DNA of 64,000 nucleotides from Candidatus Latescibacterota bacterium (GTDB taxonomy: Bacteria > Latescibacterota > UBA2968 > UBA8231). Shown here one piece after another: positions 62,030-64,000 of the stretch. Below the pieces are notes generated by a model, which worked only from the letters and a program-made list of their open reading frames with translations, was not told the origin of the DNA and did no database searches. How positions within the stretch are numbered: position 1 is the first letter of the stretch; each line of letters starts with the position of its first letter. The stretch covers positions 3,424,001 to 3,488,000 of the forward strand of contig OY730476.1 in NCBI GenBank assembly GCA_963422735.1, given 5' to 3'. Both the position numbers and the translations under genes were made by a program.

Positions 62030-63070
62030 ATGCAGCACGGCGAACTCAACTGGAGCGCCAACTGCATCTGGAGCATTGCCGACGACGTGCTACGCTACCT
62101 ATACGTGCGCGGCAAGTACCGCGACGTGATTCTGCCGATGACTGTGCTGCGCCGCCTAGATGCAGTGCTCGAAGACAGCAAGGTGGTTCTGGAGCGGCGG
62201 GACCTGCTCGACAAGGCGGACGTGGTGGAGCAGGTCCCGCCGCTGCGCCACGCGGCCGGGCAGGCCTTCTACAACACTTCCCCGTTCACCCTGCGGGACT
62301 TGAAAGGAAAGCCCGCGCCAACCAGCAACAGATCTGCGCCGATTTCGAAGCATACCTCGACGGCCTCTCGTCCAACGTGCAGGACATCCTCGAATGCTTC
62401 GAGTACCACAACCAGATCCCGCGCCTCTCTAGCGCCGATGCGCTCGGTACGCCGATCTAGAAGCTGACGTCGCCCGACATCAACCTAAGCCCGCACCCGG
62501 TCAAAAATGTTGATGGCTCGGTGAGGTTGCCCGGCCTCGACAACCACGGCATGGGCACGGTCTTTGAGGAATTGGTGAGGCGCTTCAACGAGGAGAACAA
62601 CGAGGAGGCGGGCAAGCACTGGACGCCGTGCGATGCCGTCAAGCTGATGGCCAAGCTCATTTTCCTACCGGTCGCCGACCAAATCGAGTCCAGCACCTAC
62701 CTGCTCTACGATGGCGCATGCGGCACCGGTGGCATGTTGACGGTTGCCGAAGAGACGCTGCAAGATATCGCCCGAGAGCGCGGCAAGCAGGTCGCGACGC
62801 ATCTCTACGGTCAGGAGATCAACGCCTAGACCTACGCCATCTGCAAGGCCGACCTGCTGCTCAAGGGCGAAGGCGACGCGGCCGACAACATCGTCGGCGG
62901 CCCGGCGCACTCGACGTTGTCCAACGACGCCTTCCCAGCCCACGAGTTCGACTTCATGCTCTCCAATCCTCCGCATGGCAAGATCTGGAAGAGCAACCTG
63001 TGCGACCCACGCTTTTTCATCGAGCATGGGGGCGATCACCCGCTCTAGCGATGGCCAGATGCTGTTTCGC
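62030..63070 (+). pseudogene. hsdM: type I restriction-modification methyltransferase HsdM, disrupted
   Basis: 'IWSIADDVLR..Y.RGKYRDVILPM', 'YDGACGTGGML', 'YGQEIN', 'SNPP'; frameshift near 62310, TAGs at 62458 and 62827, truncated. Confidence 0.9.
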
Positions 63071-63074
63071 ACCG

Positions 63075-63645
63075 GGCCGAACTGGACGAGAGCGATCAGG
63101 TCGATTTTAAGGGCAGGGCCAAAGCCTTCATCCGCACCTACGGATTCCTCTCGATGGTGCTGCCGTACGCCAATGCCGAGTGGGAGGAGTGCGCGGAAGC
63201 TGCATGCTCCGAGGGAGGAGGATAGGTCGCGGGGCATTCTCGAGGCCATTGACATGGATAGCTACCGAGCGGAGAAGCAGTTGACGATGAGCATCCGACT
63301 GCCCGACGACGGCTCGATCGAGCCGGTGCCGGTGGCAAGTCCGATCCAGAGCTAGAGCGGCTTTCCAACATCGTCAAGGCGTTCAACGAGCGGTTCGGGA
63401 ACATCCCTTGGGAGGAGGCCGACCGGGTGCATCGCCTCATTACCGAGGATATTCCAGAGCGCGTAGGGGCCGATGCGCGGGAAAACTCCGACCGGCAGAA
63501 CGTGCGCATTGAGCTGGACAAAGCAGTGTCGCGCTTGATGAACTCCGTGGTCAACGACGATACTCAGTTGTTCAAAAAATTCGCAGACGACGAAGGCTTC
63601 AAACACTGGCTGATGGATGCTGTGTTCGACTTGACCTACAAGTAG
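63075..63645 (+). pseudogene. hsdR: type I restriction endonuclease HsdR, C-terminal remnant
   Basis: 'QVDFKGRAKAFIRTYGFL', 'ILEAIDMDSYRAEK', 'TQLFKKFADDEGFK.WL'. Confidence 0.8.
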
Positions 63646-63727
63646 CCGCGTGGGCCATTGGCATTTTTGCCGGGACGTGTAGATTGTATAAGGTGGAGGA
63701 CAAAAGCGGGTGATACAGCGCGCATAC

Positions 63728-64000
63728 ATGCAACTCATCTGGATTGGCTTGCTGTTGGCGAGCGGGGCCGAGGCTGTGCGCATCCAAGACGCCGTGCCCG
63801 AAGAGGTGCCCAAGCGGCAGCACGATGGCTACTATGCTGCGGTAGGGGTGGGTTTCATCAACTTGGATCATCGCGGCGCAGGCGTGCGCGTCCCCTTGGG
63901 GTTTAGGGCTGTCTTCAACCGCTTGCGCCTCATCTGCTCGGCCAATGTGCTCGATGTGAGCTTTCACGAAGGCGACGATTACGACCCTCGTTACATCCGG
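63728..64000 (+). CDS. secreted hypothetical protein (partial, runs off the window)
   Basis: open frame 'MQLIWIGLLLASGAEA VRIQD...' with AxA signal cleavage site. Confidence 0.6.
   Translation, partial: MQLIWIGLLLASGAEAVRIQDAVPEEVPKRQHDGYYAAVGVGFINLDHRGAGVRVPLGFRAVFNRLRLICSANVLDVSFHEGDDYDPRYIR

Noticed and set aside
43390-62829. Amber recoding suggested by five in-frame TAGs (43390, 45988, 52577, 62458, 62827)
   Set aside because: The expected residues differ (Glu in HsdM, probably Tyr or Gln elsewhere), most of these genes also have frameshifts or deletions, in-frame TAA and TGA also occur, and intact genes use TAG as a normal stop. Simple decay explains it.
63599-63967. Minus-strand 122-aa ORF
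   Set aside because: Shadow of a + strand signal-peptide ORF starting at 63728.

Overview
GC-rich bacterial chromosomal window. The gene content (several PhyH dioxygenases and SDRs, DUF6785-type membrane proteins, CRTAC1/ASPIC and TPR proteins, an SWGxIK C-terminal motif) resembles Latescibacterota/Poribacteria-like bacteria; this taxonomy is inference only. The left end is the boundary of an element integrated at tRNA-Val(GAC), with a tyrosine integrase and excisionase. Intact backbone genes include dacA, a YqgE/AlgH protein, namZ, GT2, DUF2723, a fused double UvrA, thpR, two creatininases, a THUMP methylase, GH32, hemB, a core MetE, a second uvrA, moaB and glutaminyl cyclase. Between them lie decaying accessory patches: R-M remnants, an M6 protease cassette, a lower-GC SNF2/RapA helicase cassette, a collapsed CRTAC1-TPR-DUF6785 cluster and a type I R-M relic. 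Best leads: (1) a shared LexA-like 16-mer in the promoter spacers of both uvrA operons, which would put an uncharacterised nucleotidyltransferase plus a UvrA paralog in a DNA-damage regulon; (2) a coupled acidic protein + SNF2 helicase cassette, a candidate defence system; (3) a family of heptamer-armed palindromic elements that supply stop codons to two genes; (4) a repeated PUL-like surface/uptake module. All family assignments are from motif recognition by eye, not database searches.
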